Shown piece after piece: positions 28,201 through 38,652 of a stretch of 64,000 nt of DNA. Position 1 is the first letter of the stretch. Each line of letters begins with the position of its first letter. Below the pieces are notes generated by a model. That model ran no database searches, was not told the DNA's origin, and saw only the letters and a program-made list of their open reading frames with translations. A program made the translations under genes and the position numbers. The stretch comes from a virus: IMG/VR virus record IMGVR_UViG_3300035053_000291, one strand, 5' to 3'.

Positions 28201-28825
28201 GAGGTCTCCCTCCTGGATGTTTTTTTAATGGTGGTGGTGACGGTTCTTCTTTTAACGGTGGTGTCTCTTCACGACTTTCCTTTAACTTCTGATGCATGAA
28301 GGCTTCTTCGCCATCCATCTTGGATGGTTCTGATTCCTGTCCTGGGATCAATGGGTCGTTTCGCCGTTCTTCAAAATTATGGAATTCAGGGATGAGTTCC
28401 TTGGCCTGTTTGTTGTCTAATCCCAGCCGGTTCTTCCGAGTGATCTTCAGACTGCCGTCATCTGTCTCCTGGACCAATGCAATGGCTGATCCTGTGCCTA
28501 CTAACGAGTTGGGTGCCGACTGTCCTTGCAACAAGACATGGCCATACTGATGGGCAACACCTTGGTCTGCTACTTTCCTTGCATTGCTGTAGATAGCGTG
28601 GTCGCGGATGAACTTAGCCGTTTCCAGGTCCATGGCCCGTATCTCTCGGTCAATGCCCAGCCATGAGAGGCTTCGGGGAATGGTCAGACTGGCAAGATAT
28701 TCCAGTCGTTCCATCACCTGCTTCCCTGCTTTCTCGCCCGTCTGGACGAAAAACTTCTGCATGGGCTGCAGTTCGAAACTCTTGTAGAATATCTCTCTTC
28801 CTTCATCTAAGTCAAGGGTTTTCAT
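28166..28825 (-). CDS. Hypothetical protein with C-terminal AT-hook-like GGRPRG
   Basis: ORF track; KKHPGGRPRGKSK. Confidence 0.65.
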   Translation of the reverse strand: MKTLDLDEGREIFYKSFELQPMQKFFVQTGEKAGKQVMERLEYLASLTIPRSLSWLGIDREIRAMDLETAKFIRDHAIYSNARKVADQGVAHQYGHVLLQGQSAPNSLVGTGSAIALVQETDDGSLKITRKNRLGLDNKQAKELIPEFHNFEERRNDPLIPGQESEPSKMDGEEAFMHQKLKESREETPPLKEEPSPPPLKKHPGGRPRGKSKLPWMRR

Positions 28826-28885
28826 GGTTTGGTCGCCTTTTTTAAACTGTCCGGTGGACAGTTGTCAACATGATGTTTTTTTTAA

Positions 28886-29779
28886 TCAAACGATGATGTA
28901 TATTACTTGTTTTCCAGCATTCTCACGTTCCAATACTTGTTTTTTTATCTCTCCTTTTTTCTCAAGTCTCTTTATTGTTTCTTCGATCTCTCGTAGATTC
29001 GTATTGAGTGCATTGTCTAATTTTGCTGAGGTGAGAATGCCCATCGGTCTGATCTCGTTGTTGTGTTTCCTTCCCCAGTCCAGAATGTAGTCTTCGATTT
29101 CCTTTTCTGGTTCGTCTTCAGACACGATATTTTGTTTAGCATATGTTACTCCCTCTTTTGATTGGATCGGGGTCCTCTCATATATCAGATCTTGATCTGT
29201 GAAATATTCTTTGTATTTGGTCGCATAGACTCTGGCCGATTGTATAGAAAGTTTTCTTCCTTTTTCTTTGTATATCTTATGAATCTCATTGATCAGTTGT
29301 TCATAATTGAAGATGTCAGGTAATCGTTCGAATATCGTATCAGCTATTAAACCATAGATGGATACTGTTCCTTTTCTATCGACGATGTCTTCTCTATCGA
29401 ATGCATATTGTTTCACTGGTTGTTTCTTCGGTTGTTCTTCTTTCTTCTGTTCTGGTTCGCTTTGAATCGGTTTCTTTTCTTCTGTTGGAGGTCGTTCTTT
29501 CTTTTCCTTTGATTCTATGTCTACTCGATACCTTTCCTGTTCTTCGATGAAGCGGTCTATCTTTATCATAGCGGAAAGGACACCTATCAGGTCATCAGGT
29601 TCTTTGATCAGATTGCAGGTTTCTTCCAGCAGTATCTTGGTCTGTTCATGGATCCCTGGTTGTTCTCCCATCTTTTTTACTTCTTCGATGGCTCTCTCGA
29701 ATGCTTCTTCATCGTCGAATTCTTCTTCAAGTGATGAGGTGAGCATCTTTTCCAATATTCTGCGATAGTTGTCAAACAT
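28886..29779 (-). CDS. Hypothetical protein with wHTH-like C-terminal domains
   Basis: ORF track; LREIEETIKRLEKKGEI. Confidence 0.7.
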   Translation of the reverse strand: MFDNYRRILEKMLTSSLEEEFDDEEAFERAIEEVKKMGEQPGIHEQTKILLEETCNLIKEPDDLIGVLSAMIKIDRFIEEQERYRVDIESKEKKERPPTEEKKPIQSEPEQKKEEQPKKQPVKQYAFDREDIVDRKGTVSIYGLIADTIFERLPDIFNYEQLINEIHKIYKEKGRKLSIQSARVYATKYKEYFTDQDLIYERTPIQSKEGVTYAKQNIVSEDEPEKEIEDYILDWGRKHNNEIRPMGILTSAKLDNALNTNLREIEETIKRLEKKGEIKKQVLERENAGKQVIYIIV

Positions 29780-29831
29780 GTCTTCTGTTTCTCCATTATT
29801 TTTATTGATTATAGTGGTTTAAAGGCGTGTT

Positions 29832-30833
29832 CTAATGCCGTTTCTTCTGTTTTCTTATGGTGGGCAACCCGATGAGTTTATACAGTGTGTTATGGTCGTT
29901 TCTGATCTCTTCTGGCATCGGTCTGTTGATGGTCTGATAGATCCCTTTTGCTGCGATGAAATCAGCCAAGAGGAATATCGAGTTGGATATCTCCTGCAGT
30001 TTCTCACGGAGTTCAGGGATGGTCGCCTGTAGTTCAAAGAAGATATCTCTTCTTGTCTTGCTTGTCGGGCTCATCAATGCCCGTTGGCGTACCTTTATCG
30101 GCCTGAGCATCTTTGCTGCTGAATTTCCATCCAGTTCTCCCATGCTGTATGCTGCCTTGATGGTGCTTTCTGTTTCTTTATCCAGGAGGATCTGTTCTCC
30201 GACATCCTGCATCTTCTGGGCAACCATCGGATTCGCATTCGTTGGCAAGGCGATATTTGCCACATCCATATCTCGTGGCAGGACACAGGTCCGATTGATG
30301 CGGTCAAAGTAGTCCACGAATTTTACATGGTCTGAACCAGGCAACGCTGATGATCCTTGTTCTCCTGGTTGTTTGAACAGGCCGTGGGCGATAAGCGTAT
30401 TGGGGACCGCCCATACAGCAAATTGCTTGGTCACAGTGTAGAACGGTTCTGAATACGGGGAAAAATCTGATGGTTCGATGAGTTGGCCTGGTAACCGCAT
30501 CTCCACGTAGATGGTCATATCCTTTGACTGCGACCGTTTCTGCAGCCAATAGGAAATCCCTGCGATAAATGCGAATAAAATGACCGCTGACGCAACTGCA
30601 TCCCAACCGACAAAGAACCATAAGGCAGCCATGACACCGATCGAACCGATTATCTTCAACAAGGGTTTCAGTTCATACTGCATCAGGAAGGTGATGGTTC
30701 CCGGTATCTTGGTGATGACCTCACGCTGCACTACATCATGTTCAGTGAGCAACTGTTGGTCAGATACCATCCCATATTCTTCATCAGTGAGTTTCTCATC
30801 AACTGGTTTGTTCGTTTGGTTTCTCACCGCCAT
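29832..30833 (-). CDS. Membrane protein (2 TM) with large soluble domain
   Basis: Start reassigned to MAVRNQ (ATG 30833). Confidence 0.75.
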   Translation of the reverse strand: MAVRNQTNKPVDEKLTDEEYGMVSDQQLLTEHDVVQREVITKIPGTITFLMQYELKPLLKIIGSIGVMAALWFFVGWDAVASAVILFAFIAGISYWLQKRSQSKDMTIYVEMRLPGQLIEPSDFSPYSEPFYTVTKQFAVWAVPNTLIAHGLFKQPGEQGSSALPGSDHVKFVDYFDRINRTCVLPRDMDVANIALPTNANPMVAQKMQDVGEQILLDKETESTIKAAYSMGELDGNSAAKMLRPIKVRQRALMSPTSKTRRDIFFELQATIPELREKLQEISNSIFLLADFIAAKGIYQTINRPMPEEIRNDHNTLYKLIGLPTIRKQKKRH

Positions 30834-31114
30834 ATGACTGGAATCACCCCTGGAAAGAGAATGGGCATCACAACTTTTGCACACCACATGATCACAAAAT
30901 AGATCCCTATCGCACAGACAACAAACGCACCAATCCAGAACAGGGCATAGACAAGAAGGACATCCCATCTTCCCTTTCTGATTACCTCTAATTGCCAGGG
31001 CATCCTGGTCTTCTGATACTGTCGATTGAATGGTTGGCTTGGGTCATGCGGAGGAGTGAATTCTTCCTCTCGCTGTTTCTTCACCCGTTTGAAGGTTTTC
31101 CCTGGTTTCTCCAT
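30824..31114 (-). CDS. Small membrane protein
   Basis: C-terminal hydrophobic hairpin. Confidence 0.7.
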   Translation of the reverse strand: MEKPGKTFKRVKKQREEEFTPPHDPSQPFNRQYQKTRMPWQLEVIRKGRWDVLLVYALFWIGAFVVCAIGIYFVIMWCAKVVMPILFPGVIPVIWR

Positions 31115-31821
31115 TATATAATCCTCTGAATTCCCATTGCATCAGCTGCCATTGCAGCCATCGATGTTCCAACAACGACTCCTAAAAAGACAAAAACGAC
31201 ATCCACGATGATCCGGGTGGCGATGAATATGTTGAACTCCCCACGACTCATCCGAATCCATTCATCGACACTTGTCTCCTCTTCTTCTTCGCCGCCTCCT
31301 TCTTTTTCCCATGGCGAGTCTAACAAGTGAAGGTTGTCAAAAGTAAAGGCAGGAAGGGTGACATTGGTCTCATTGACCAGCGTGACCTCCACATCCATCC
31401 GTGAATAATCCGATGTTGCTTTCACGGTGCTCTTCCATTCGTTGAACCCTCTGCTATGGACCTGGTCATCTATCTTCACTTCATAATAACAGGGTTGATT
31501 GCTGAAGATATAGATCTTGATGTCCCGGTAGACGTTTGCCTGCTGGTCAGGGAGGGCGAACAAATGCAGTTTATGGCTCTTGACTTCCGTTGCCGATCCG
31601 ATGACCACGAATCCTTCGAACTTCTCAAAATACTCTGAGTAGTTGCTCCGGTTCCCATCGATAGATCCATTCTCCTCAAATGGGTTGGTGTATTCAGCGG
31701 ACAGTTGGTCGGTAAATACCAGTTGAGGGTTGTCAATGTAGACTGCCGATAGAAACAGCATGATGAACATGTATACTGGAATACAAATGGCAAGTATCCG
31801 GAAGAACGATGTTTTTTTCAC
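31114..31821 (-). CDS. Membrane protein, N- and C-terminal TM, beta-rich ectodomain
   Basis: ORF track. Confidence 0.75.
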   Translation of the reverse strand: MKKTSFFRILAICIPVYMFIMLFLSAVYIDNPQLVFTDQLSAEYTNPFEENGSIDGNRSNYSEYFEKFEGFVVIGSATEVKSHKLHLFALPDQQANVYRDIKIYIFSNQPCYYEVKIDDQVHSRGFNEWKSTVKATSDYSRMDVEVTLVNETNVTLPAFTFDNLHLLDSPWEKEGGGEEEEETSVDEWIRMSRGEFNIFIATRIIVDVVFVFLGVVVGTSMAAMAADAMGIQRII

Positions 31822-31853
31822 GGTCGCTTTTCACCTTTTTCTGCTCTGCCGAT

Positions 31854-32573
31854 TTAATCTTTGATTTCTGATCGTTTCTTCATCTGCCGGTATTCGATCA
31901 TCTTATTTCCTGATGAATTGTCCGTTATCTTGATAGCCTCTGTTGGTTCTCCATCCAGGAACTTATCGATCTCATCGGATAATTCCGGGTGTTTCTTTCG
32001 GAGTTTTTCATCAAGGAACTTTGAAATGTTCTCTTCTTTGACATTTCGTAAGTATTTCATCCATCCGCCATGAGGGATGAGTTCATCAGGGTCTTCTGAT
32101 GATTCTTTAGATTCTTTTTCATCGTCATCATCATTCTCATGGAAGGTATAGTTTATCTTTGGTTTCTTCACTTTTTTCACGGGTGCATCGATGTCTTCTG
32201 ATTCTTTGAATATCTGCACTTTTTTCTGGCTTTCGATCAATTGCTTGAGCATGTCTTGGGTGTCTTCGATCTTGTCTTCTAAGTGTTTCATACGTTTTTC
32301 TTGTTCTTGTCTCTCTTTCTCACGGATGACATCTCTTGCTCTTTCCTCGATCTGTGCTTTGCATTTTTCTGCTTCCGGCTTTAATTGAGAGAACAGTTGT
32401 CTTTTTTCAAATCCGAATTTTTCAATGTCCAGGCCATATTCCTTTTTGAAATAGGCAAGTGTTTCATTGATCTCCTTGACTACTTGATATGGACATTTGT
32501 TTATTTGAAAGTCTGTTCCATAACATTCCGCGCAGTTTTCCGGTATGGCTATTGTATCAGTCATTTTTACCAC
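31854..32573 (-). CDS. Coiled-coil protein with N-terminal Cys cluster
   Basis: CAEC..CP...C. Confidence 0.7.
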   Translation of the reverse strand: MVKMTDTIAIPENCAECYGTDFQINKCPYQVVKEINETLAYFKKEYGLDIEKFGFEKRQLFSQLKPEAEKCKAQIEERARDVIREKERQEQEKRMKHLEDKIEDTQDMLKQLIESQKKVQIFKESEDIDAPVKKVKKPKINYTFHENDDDDEKESKESSEDPDELIPHGGWMKYLRNVKEENISKFLDEKLRKKHPELSDEIDKFLDGEPTEAIKITDNSSGNKMIEYRQMKKRSEIKD

Positions 32574-33835
32574 CTCTCGATATCTTCGATATCCTCATTT
32601 TCTGGTTCTGGCTCTGCTTCGATCTGGTCCATCATGGATTGTTGTTCTTGTGCGTCTCTGGATATTTTCGCCTGAGCGCATTCGTCCTTATAGGGGCAGG
32701 CTGCACAGTTTGGATTGTTCATGATATCATAGGTTGTCCCGTCTTTGTAACACGGCGGTTTTCCTTGTCCTTTCTTCATGCCGCCAAGGATGTTTCGTTC
32801 CGGTCCTGCCTGCTGTGGTGGTTCTTCATAGTATTCCTCTTGCATCGGTGATGGGCGTGGTCCTGGTGTTGGTTGTGCATTAGGAAAAATATTCGGTAAA
32901 AAGCCTGGTTTCAACCAGAGGATAAGAATATACAGTACGAACAAGATCAAAATAAGAGCCGCAATAAGTGCCCACGGGCCTCCGACCGCATCGACGACAG
33001 CTGTCGCTTCTGATGATATTCTGCTCATGATGTCATCTGATTCTTCACGCACCAGATTACGTGTGGCATTTGCCTGGTTCACTGTGGTATTGAGTAATGT
33101 CTGCTGATTCTGTGACGTATCATCAAATGCACTGATCAAAAAGTTAGACAGGATAACGAAACTAGAGGTGCCTTCACTATCTTTTAAAATCGGGTTGTTA
33201 TTGTTGTCGTAGAGTGCATTGACCACATATCCCATATCTGTATATATTGATGAATCATTATCGTAGCCAAGCATGTCCTCGATGGTGTTTAATTTTCCCA
33301 ATATTGTTGATTCGTTCAATCCGGTCATGTCGATATCGTCAACTGAGACAGACAGGTTCATCTCTGACACATTGAACATCTCTTCAAGTTCAGAAGATAA
33401 TGATGTGTTGTCGCTGATGTTTGTCGTGCCGAAAATTAACATTGAGGTATTGTCATTTATTGAGACTACTGCTGCATCTATTCTTTCTGCTAATTCATTA
33501 TATGATTGATTGAAGTCTTCGCTGAGCTGGGTCTGATTCTCAAGTATCGCTGATTGATTCGCTAAAATCTCATTGAGCAGGTCGTCGAAGTCATCTGCAC
33601 CGTTTTCGATATCATCAAGTGATGTTTCAATGTCACTCATATGATTGCTGATATAATCGATCCAGAACCATTCGAAAATGTCTTTGAGATCTCCCACTGT
33701 GATGTTGCCGACTCCTTCGCTGTCATCAGGTATTTCTGCTTTCAGTGCTAATGTCTGCGTCTCGTCTATTGTAATTAAAGTAATGTTTGCTGATAGCAAC
33801 AGCATCATTACTATGAAAATTTTCCATGTCCGCAT
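32567..33835 (-). CDS. Type I membrane protein: signal peptide, long acidic helical ectodomain, TM, Cys4 tail
   Basis: Many N-x-S/T sequons; tail CYK...CAAC...C. Confidence 0.8.
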   Translation of the reverse strand: MRTWKIFIVMMLLLSANITLITIDETQTLALKAEIPDDSEGVGNITVGDLKDIFEWFWIDYISNHMSDIETSLDDIENGADDFDDLLNEILANQSAILENQTQLSEDFNQSYNELAERIDAAVVSINDNTSMLIFGTTNISDNTSLSSELEEMFNVSEMNLSVSVDDIDMTGLNESTILGKLNTIEDMLGYDNDSSIYTDMGYVVNALYDNNNNPILKDSEGTSSFVILSNFLISAFDDTSQNQQTLLNTTVNQANATRNLVREESDDIMSRISSEATAVVDAVGGPWALIAALILILFVLYILILWLKPGFLPNIFPNAQPTPGPRPSPMQEEYYEEPPQQAGPERNILGGMKKGQGKPPCYKDGTTYDIMNNPNCAACPYKDECAQAKISRDAQEQQSMMDQIEAEPEPENEDIEDIERW

Positions 33836-33915
33836 GTTTAAGTTTATTTGTTTTAATGCACTTAAATGCGTGTTTGAAAAAAAGAGAAAGAGGACAGTTA
33901 TCTGCCTTCAATACC

Positions 33916-34284
33916 TCACATGTTCGTTTTCTGTTTCAACTGTCTTTCTGGGATCAACTTCATCTTGAAGTCTTTGATCTGATTCTTGAGTTTTACCGCT
34001 CGCTTATGCAGTTCAACATGACTGGGATAGTTGTCATTGACCTTCCAGCCATCGGTCATGATCCTGACGATGTATTCGTTGTCAGAAAAGACGACTGCTT
34101 GTTCTGCTCGTTCAGTTGTCAACACGCTTAATGCCTGTATGAGTGCATTGAACTTTGCCTGCACTTCCGTTGCCTTACCGATCTTCTTTGTTGATTTCAT
34201 GGTCATATACTCTTCGAAGACCACACAGATCTCGGCGTTTTCTCCCTCTTTGCCATCTATCCAGATAGCTGTCATCAGTAGCAC
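33916..34284 (-). CDS. RNase HI-fold protein, probably inactive
   Basis: WIDG, QAKFNALIQAL (Glu replaced by Lys), FSDNEYIV, GWKV. Confidence 0.7.
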   Translation of the reverse strand: MLLMTAIWIDGKEGENAEICVVFEEYMTMKSTKKIGKATEVQAKFNALIQALSVLTTERAEQAVVFSDNEYIVRIMTDGWKVNDNYPSHVELHKRAVKLKNQIKDFKMKLIPERQLKQKTNM

Positions 34285-34571
34285 CTCTTGAAATGTTTGT
34301 CAACCATGTTGTCAACCTCATCGAATATCTCTTCTCTCAACTTGAACCGTTGATTGCGCAGTATTTCCAATTCCCTTTGAAAATCCATCACTGCAGTTCT
34401 CATCTGCTCTTCTTTTGCTTCTATGATGTAATGCAATATATCCGCAAAACGGGGGTTGATGTGAAACTCATGCAGTGCTTCCTCCACCATCTTCTTTTTT
34501 CTGATGATGTTCTTCTGTTCTTCTATTTCCTTCTTTTCTTTTTCTGCCTCTTCGATTGCGTTCACGGCCAT
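34275..34571 (-). CDS. Hypothetical coiled-coil protein
   Basis: ORF track. Confidence 0.7.
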   Translation of the reverse strand: MAVNAIEEAEKEKKEIEEQKNIIRKKKMVEEALHEFHINPRFADILHYIIEAKEEQMRTAVMDFQRELEILRNQRFKLREEIFDEVDNMVDKHFKRCY

Positions 34572-35068
34572 TCGTCAACCACCTTCCAACTTCTCTCATG
34601 TCCTAACACCGATTCAATAGTGAATGATTCTTCCGTTCCTACTGTTTCCCCTTCGTTGTTCTGATAGATCAAATAAAAAAAGATTTTATGATATCCATCT
34701 GGTATTTTTGTGATGTTCTCCAATATAATCTCTCCATCCGTCACATTTACTCTATTCGTCTCTAATGAGATGTTTGTCCAATTCCCCCGATATAATTCAG
34801 ATACCATCGCATAACAACGTAATCCTAGTTTCTCTGAATCGTCCTGATTAACATCCAGCTTCACTGAAAGGTTGTGGTCTTCTAGATGGTATTTGTTCAC
34901 TGAAAAAGTGATGTTCTCTGTAGGAATATACTCCGGCGTTGCTATCTCTTCTGTTTCTTGTGGATTTGAATTTATTATGTTGTATGCCATTGCACCGGCT
35001 AATGTTATACCGGTTATTGCTATCAAAACGATAGCAGCATTTGTTGCTTTATCGTTCATTTTTATCAC
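34562..35068 (-). CDS. Membrane-anchored beta-sandwich protein
   Basis: N-terminal TM helix. Confidence 0.7.
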   Translation of the reverse strand: MIKMNDKATNAAIVLIAITGITLAGAMAYNIINSNPQETEEIATPEYIPTENITFSVNKYHLEDHNLSVKLDVNQDDSEKLGLRCYAMVSELYRGNWTNISLETNRVNVTDGEIILENITKIPDGYHKIFFYLIYQNNEGETVGTEESFTIESVLGHERSWKVVDEWP

Positions 35069-35859
35069 CTGTGCATGGGGACTTTCAAAAATTTGTGCCC
35101 GATGTATCTTTTTTCACCTTTCTCCACCTTCACAATACGTGGTTTTATCCTGAAATGCCATCTTTTTGTTCCCTCTATCCGTTCTTTTTCTACAATATAA
35201 TGTAACTTATTTTCTATGTAGTGCATATATTCGTTCCGTAGTGCACCGATCGTACTGTCCTTGACATCATAATATCGTTTCAAAATGTTTTCAAAAGATG
35301 ACGTGGTCGCCCAATGTCCATTTGCAAACTTCTCGAGAAGTTCATTCAGAGGGTTCTCATATATTGCATGATGGAATTTTCCCTTCCCCACCCTATTTCC
35401 TTTTTCTTTTTTCTCGCTTGTCTCTTCTTTCGTTGGTTTGTTCTCATATCTCCTTGGTTCCGGTTCTTCTCTGTTTGCTTTCTTTTTTTCTTTTTTAAGC
35501 TTTCTTATCGTACCTAACTGCTTTTCAATCGTTGTCTCTTTTTCTTTATTGTCTTCTACTTTTTCTCTGATTATCTCATGCTGTTTACTGATTATCTTTG
35601 CATCTTCTCTTGACCGCTTGATCTTTTCTAGATTGTCCTCTTTTATGATTACGAGTTCGTTTTTTAGTTCGTCAATGATCTTTTCTTTTTCCTCTAACTG
35701 TTGAATCAATCCCTCGATCTTTTCGCTTTCTTTTTGATTCAAATAAAATACTTTATCTAATGATTTGTTTTTGAATGCGGTGGGCTCCCCATCCTTCTTT
35801 TCCCACACTATCCATTCACTGTTTCCAAAAATACTCATGTTACTCTTCCTCCTTTTCAA
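35065..35859 (-). CDS. Coiled-coil protein with C-terminal wHTH-like domain
   Basis: ORF track; similar to 36295 ORF. Confidence 0.7.
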   Translation of the reverse strand: MKRRKSNMSIFGNSEWIVWEKKDGEPTAFKNKSLDKVFYLNQKESEKIEGLIQQLEEKEKIIDELKNELVIIKEDNLEKIKRSREDAKIISKQHEIIREKVEDNKEKETTIEKQLGTIRKLKKEKKKANREEPEPRRYENKPTKEETSEKKEKGNRVGKGKFHHAIYENPLNELLEKFANGHWATTSSFENILKRYYDVKDSTIGALRNEYMHYIENKLHYIVEKERIEGTKRWHFRIKPRIVKVEKGEKRYIGHKFLKVPMHR

Positions 35860-36295
35860 AAATATAGACTTCCGGTAACCGTCTCACCATGGTCTTGGTC
35901 ACCAGTCGTGATTCTATCATGTAATGGTCAGCTGTCGGGACGATGTTCTCAAAGGTCACCGACAGGTTCTCTTGTCCCTTGTCAACTTCTATGTCAACCA
36001 TGTCAACTGAATTCACTGTCTGGTTGACAACCGTCCTGTTCTCTACGCTTAGGATGAAGCCTTGCGCTTCGATATGGCCCTCAATATCAGCGGTGACATT
36101 GCTAAAAAGATAATTGACATGAAGGTCTGCATCGATGAGATCATATGACTCTACCTCCGCCTGTAAATGCTGTACTGCTTGCTGTTCTTCAACTACTGCA
36201 TTTATCTGCATTCCTATAGCTAATGCAAAGATAACTGTGGTTATTCCAAGAGCTATCACTAATTTAGGAGAGGGGAATTTCTCTTCCCTCTGCAT
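35840..36295 (-). CDS. Membrane-anchored beta-sandwich protein
   Basis: N-terminal TM helix. Confidence 0.7.
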   Translation of the reverse strand: MQREEKFPSPKLVIALGITTVIFALAIGMQINAVVEEQQAVQHLQAEVESYDLIDADLHVNYLFSNVTADIEGHIEAQGFILSVENRTVVNQTVNSVDMVDIEVDKGQENLSVTFENIVPTADHYMIESRLVTKTMVRRLPEVYIFEKEEE

Positions 36296-37110
36296 CAGTC
36301 ATCACGTCGGGTCTCGATGGTGACAAACACCTGTCCTTTGTCTTTGTCTCCAGAGGTATAGATCTTATACCCCAGTTCATAGAAATAACTGCGGTATGCT
36401 TTTTCAATTCGTTTCAACCGTTCTGAATTTACTTTGTAATACTGGCGGAGGAAGTTTAATATCCGGATATATTCCACGGGTCCCTTGTCCAGATATTTTC
36501 GGTTCATCTCCTTGAATGGATTGTCATGGATCTCAGTGCCCTTGATAGTTGTCAGGATTTCTCCGACTGGCTGGGCTGGTTCTTCCTTTTCAATGATCCA
36601 GTAATAGGTGTGTTGTTTCCTTTTCTTGCGTTTTATGGTCTTATAGAGAGCATGATTGTTTTCTATGTATTGTAGATAATAGGTCAGATATGAATTGATG
36701 GTGGTGTCCTTGTATTGTTTCTTTGGCATCAGACCTTGTTTCAATTCCCAGATAAGGTCTTGTCTTTCCTGCGGCATGGAACCATCTTTCTTGATAAGGG
36801 CATCCACGAGGTCGTTGTAAGGGTGTTCGTAGATCTCTACATTATTGATGATGTCGACGACGGGGCCTACGGTCTGCACTGGGACCAATTCTTGTGATTC
36901 TTCCTCTTCTGTCTCCTCTTCATCTTCTTCATCGTTGTACTGTTCCTTCTCTTGTGTTTCCTTTTGTTCTTCATGCTGGACAACTGTCGAGTGTATCCAG
37001 TCGATGATTCCTTTCTTATCGTGAAATTCCGGTTTCCTTCCTTCTTCCTGTGCAAGAAATCCATATCCTTCTATCTTAACGATCTCGAATTTTTGTGCAT
37101 TCATATTCAT
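36295..37110 (-). CDS. Protein with two wHTH-like repeats
   Basis: YEHPYNDL... and HDNPFKEM... repeats. Confidence 0.7.
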   Translation of the reverse strand: MNMNAQKFEIVKIEGYGFLAQEEGRKPEFHDKKGIIDWIHSTVVQHEEQKETQEKEQYNDEEDEEETEEEESQELVPVQTVGPVVDIINNVEIYEHPYNDLVDALIKKDGSMPQERQDLIWELKQGLMPKKQYKDTTINSYLTYYLQYIENNHALYKTIKRKKRKQHTYYWIIEKEEPAQPVGEILTTIKGTEIHDNPFKEMNRKYLDKGPVEYIRILNFLRQYYKVNSERLKRIEKAYRSYFYELGYKIYTSGDKDKGQVFVTIETRRDD

Positions 37111-37124
37111 GTTTTATCAAATCC

Positions 37125-38012
37125 TTATTTTGCTCTGCCAATTTCTTCGAGACAGAAATCTGTCTCATCGAATTCTTTTTTTGTTCTCTTCCAGCGGTTC
37201 CCGAATGATCTGATGTATCCTTTTCTTTTTAGTTCACGGGTCGCTGATGCTCTTCTTCCTACTCTTAATTCACTGAGGACTCTGGTCTTGAAAAACTTGT
37301 TTGAGGTGTTCGGCTTATCAAGATATTCATCTATCTGGTTGAGTGCTGCCAGTGTGATCAACTGGGATGGAAGGATGATGCGTTTCTTCTTATTGAGTGC
37401 GTTTTCTGTTCTTTTAAGGATCAGTTCCAATTGTTTGTTGGTGAGATTGTGTTTTCCGAATGGATATTTTAACGAATCTAAAATGTTCTTGGGGCGTTTG
37501 TTCTCCTCCCGTAGCTGTTTTTCCAGCTTGAATACCATCTTCTCTGGTGGTTCATACAGCTTTAGATATCCTCCTTTGTTCAGCATCTCCTCTCTGATCT
37601 CAAAAATGTCTATTACTTTTCGTTCTACGCTTCCTTTTTTAAAGGATTTTTCGTTCATCAGGACGAGTCTTGTCTCTTCTTCTTTCTCCTGTTGATCCCT
37701 GCGTTCTAAATATCCTTTTTTGTAGAACGATTCGTTCATCACGACTAATTCTTTAGTTTGTGATGGTTTCTTTTCTTCGGGGATCTGCAATTCAAGTGTT
37801 TGTTGTGTGAGAGAGATGGTCTTTCCTTTGTTGTTTCTTGCTGTTGTTTTTGCTTTTGGTCTTTCCTCTTCTCTGAATTCAACGCCAAGTTTTTCTTGTT
37901 TCAACTCGATTATCTTCATCTCACAGCTTTCCAATCGACCTTGTGTTGCAACTCTCTTATTCTGGGTGATTCTACCCTCCATCTTTTCATCCACTCTGCC
38001 AATTCTTAACAA
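37125..38012 (-). CDS. Hypothetical basic protein, possible wHTH DNA-binding
   Basis: ASATRELKRKGYIRSFG. Confidence 0.65.
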   Translation of the reverse strand: MLRIGRVDEKMEGRITQNKRVATQGRLESCEMKIIELKQEKLGVEFREEERPKAKTTARNNKGKTISLTQQTLELQIPEEKKPSQTKELVVMNESFYKKGYLERRDQQEKEEETRLVLMNEKSFKKGSVERKVIDIFEIREEMLNKGGYLKLYEPPEKMVFKLEKQLREENKRPKNILDSLKYPFGKHNLTNKQLELILKRTENALNKKKRIILPSQLITLAALNQIDEYLDKPNTSNKFFKTRVLSELRVGRRASATRELKRKGYIRSFGNRWKRTKKEFDETDFCLEEIGRAK

Positions 38013-38051
38013 GATATAATAGGTATTAAGTATATAACATTAACGTATTCT

Positions 38052-38381
38052 TTACTTTATTTCTCCTTTTTCTACTTCAAACCGTTTCATGTCGTTCTTT
38101 TCCGGGTCCGGGATCTTCAGGTCCTCTTTTCTGGTTATCCTGATGAGGTCTCCTGGTTCATGCAGTTCCATCCATTTGTTGAGATTGCTGCTCCCATTCA
38201 ACTTGATGATCTCTCCATCTAATCTCTCAATAACATAATAGAGACCGAAAAGTCCGTTGTTCTTTGCAGCCAATGTCCCTGCGATCGATTCTCCTACCTT
38301 AAGATCAATGAATGATTCATCTCTCTCCAATTCTTCCTTCTTCCAAACAATATTCTCTTCTTTCACTTTTGGTATCGGCAT
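38052..38381 (-). CDS. OB-fold ssDNA-binding protein candidate
   Basis: W...GESIAG...YVI...G...L...M...GDLIRI...MKRFEV pattern of viral SSBs. Confidence 0.55.
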   Translation of the reverse strand: MPIPKVKEENIVWKKEELERDESFIDLKVGESIAGTLAAKNNGLFGLYYVIERLDGEIIKLNGSSNLNKWMELHEPGDLIRITRKEDLKIPDPEKNDMKRFEVEKGEIK

Positions 38382-38393
38382 TCTTTTTTCCTC

Positions 38394-38576
38394 CTACAAT
38401 GTAGATTGTTTGTTCTTTTTCTTTTTCGTGATGATCACCGTATCTTTGTTTACGACAACTGTCACGTTGTCCTTGTCCTCAAAAGGGAATGCTGAATCTC
38501 TCCATACCTTTGCCTGAATGGATAACACTCCCTTACTGCCATAGATGTGGAAGGTGCCTTTTCCTTCACTGGTCAC
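38394..38576 (-). CDS. AbrB/SpoVT-like DNA-binding protein
   Basis: GSKGVLSIQAKVW...FEDKDNVTVVVNKDTVIITK. Confidence 0.6.
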   Translation of the reverse strand: MTSEGKGTFHIYGSKGVLSIQAKVWRDSAFPFEDKDNVTVVVNKDTVIITKKKKNKQSTL

Positions 38577-38652
38577 TTCAGCACCCTCCGATTGTCCGCA
38601 CTGCTTTAAACATCATAACTTCTACTGGGAAAAGACATATAAAGGCTTGTTA

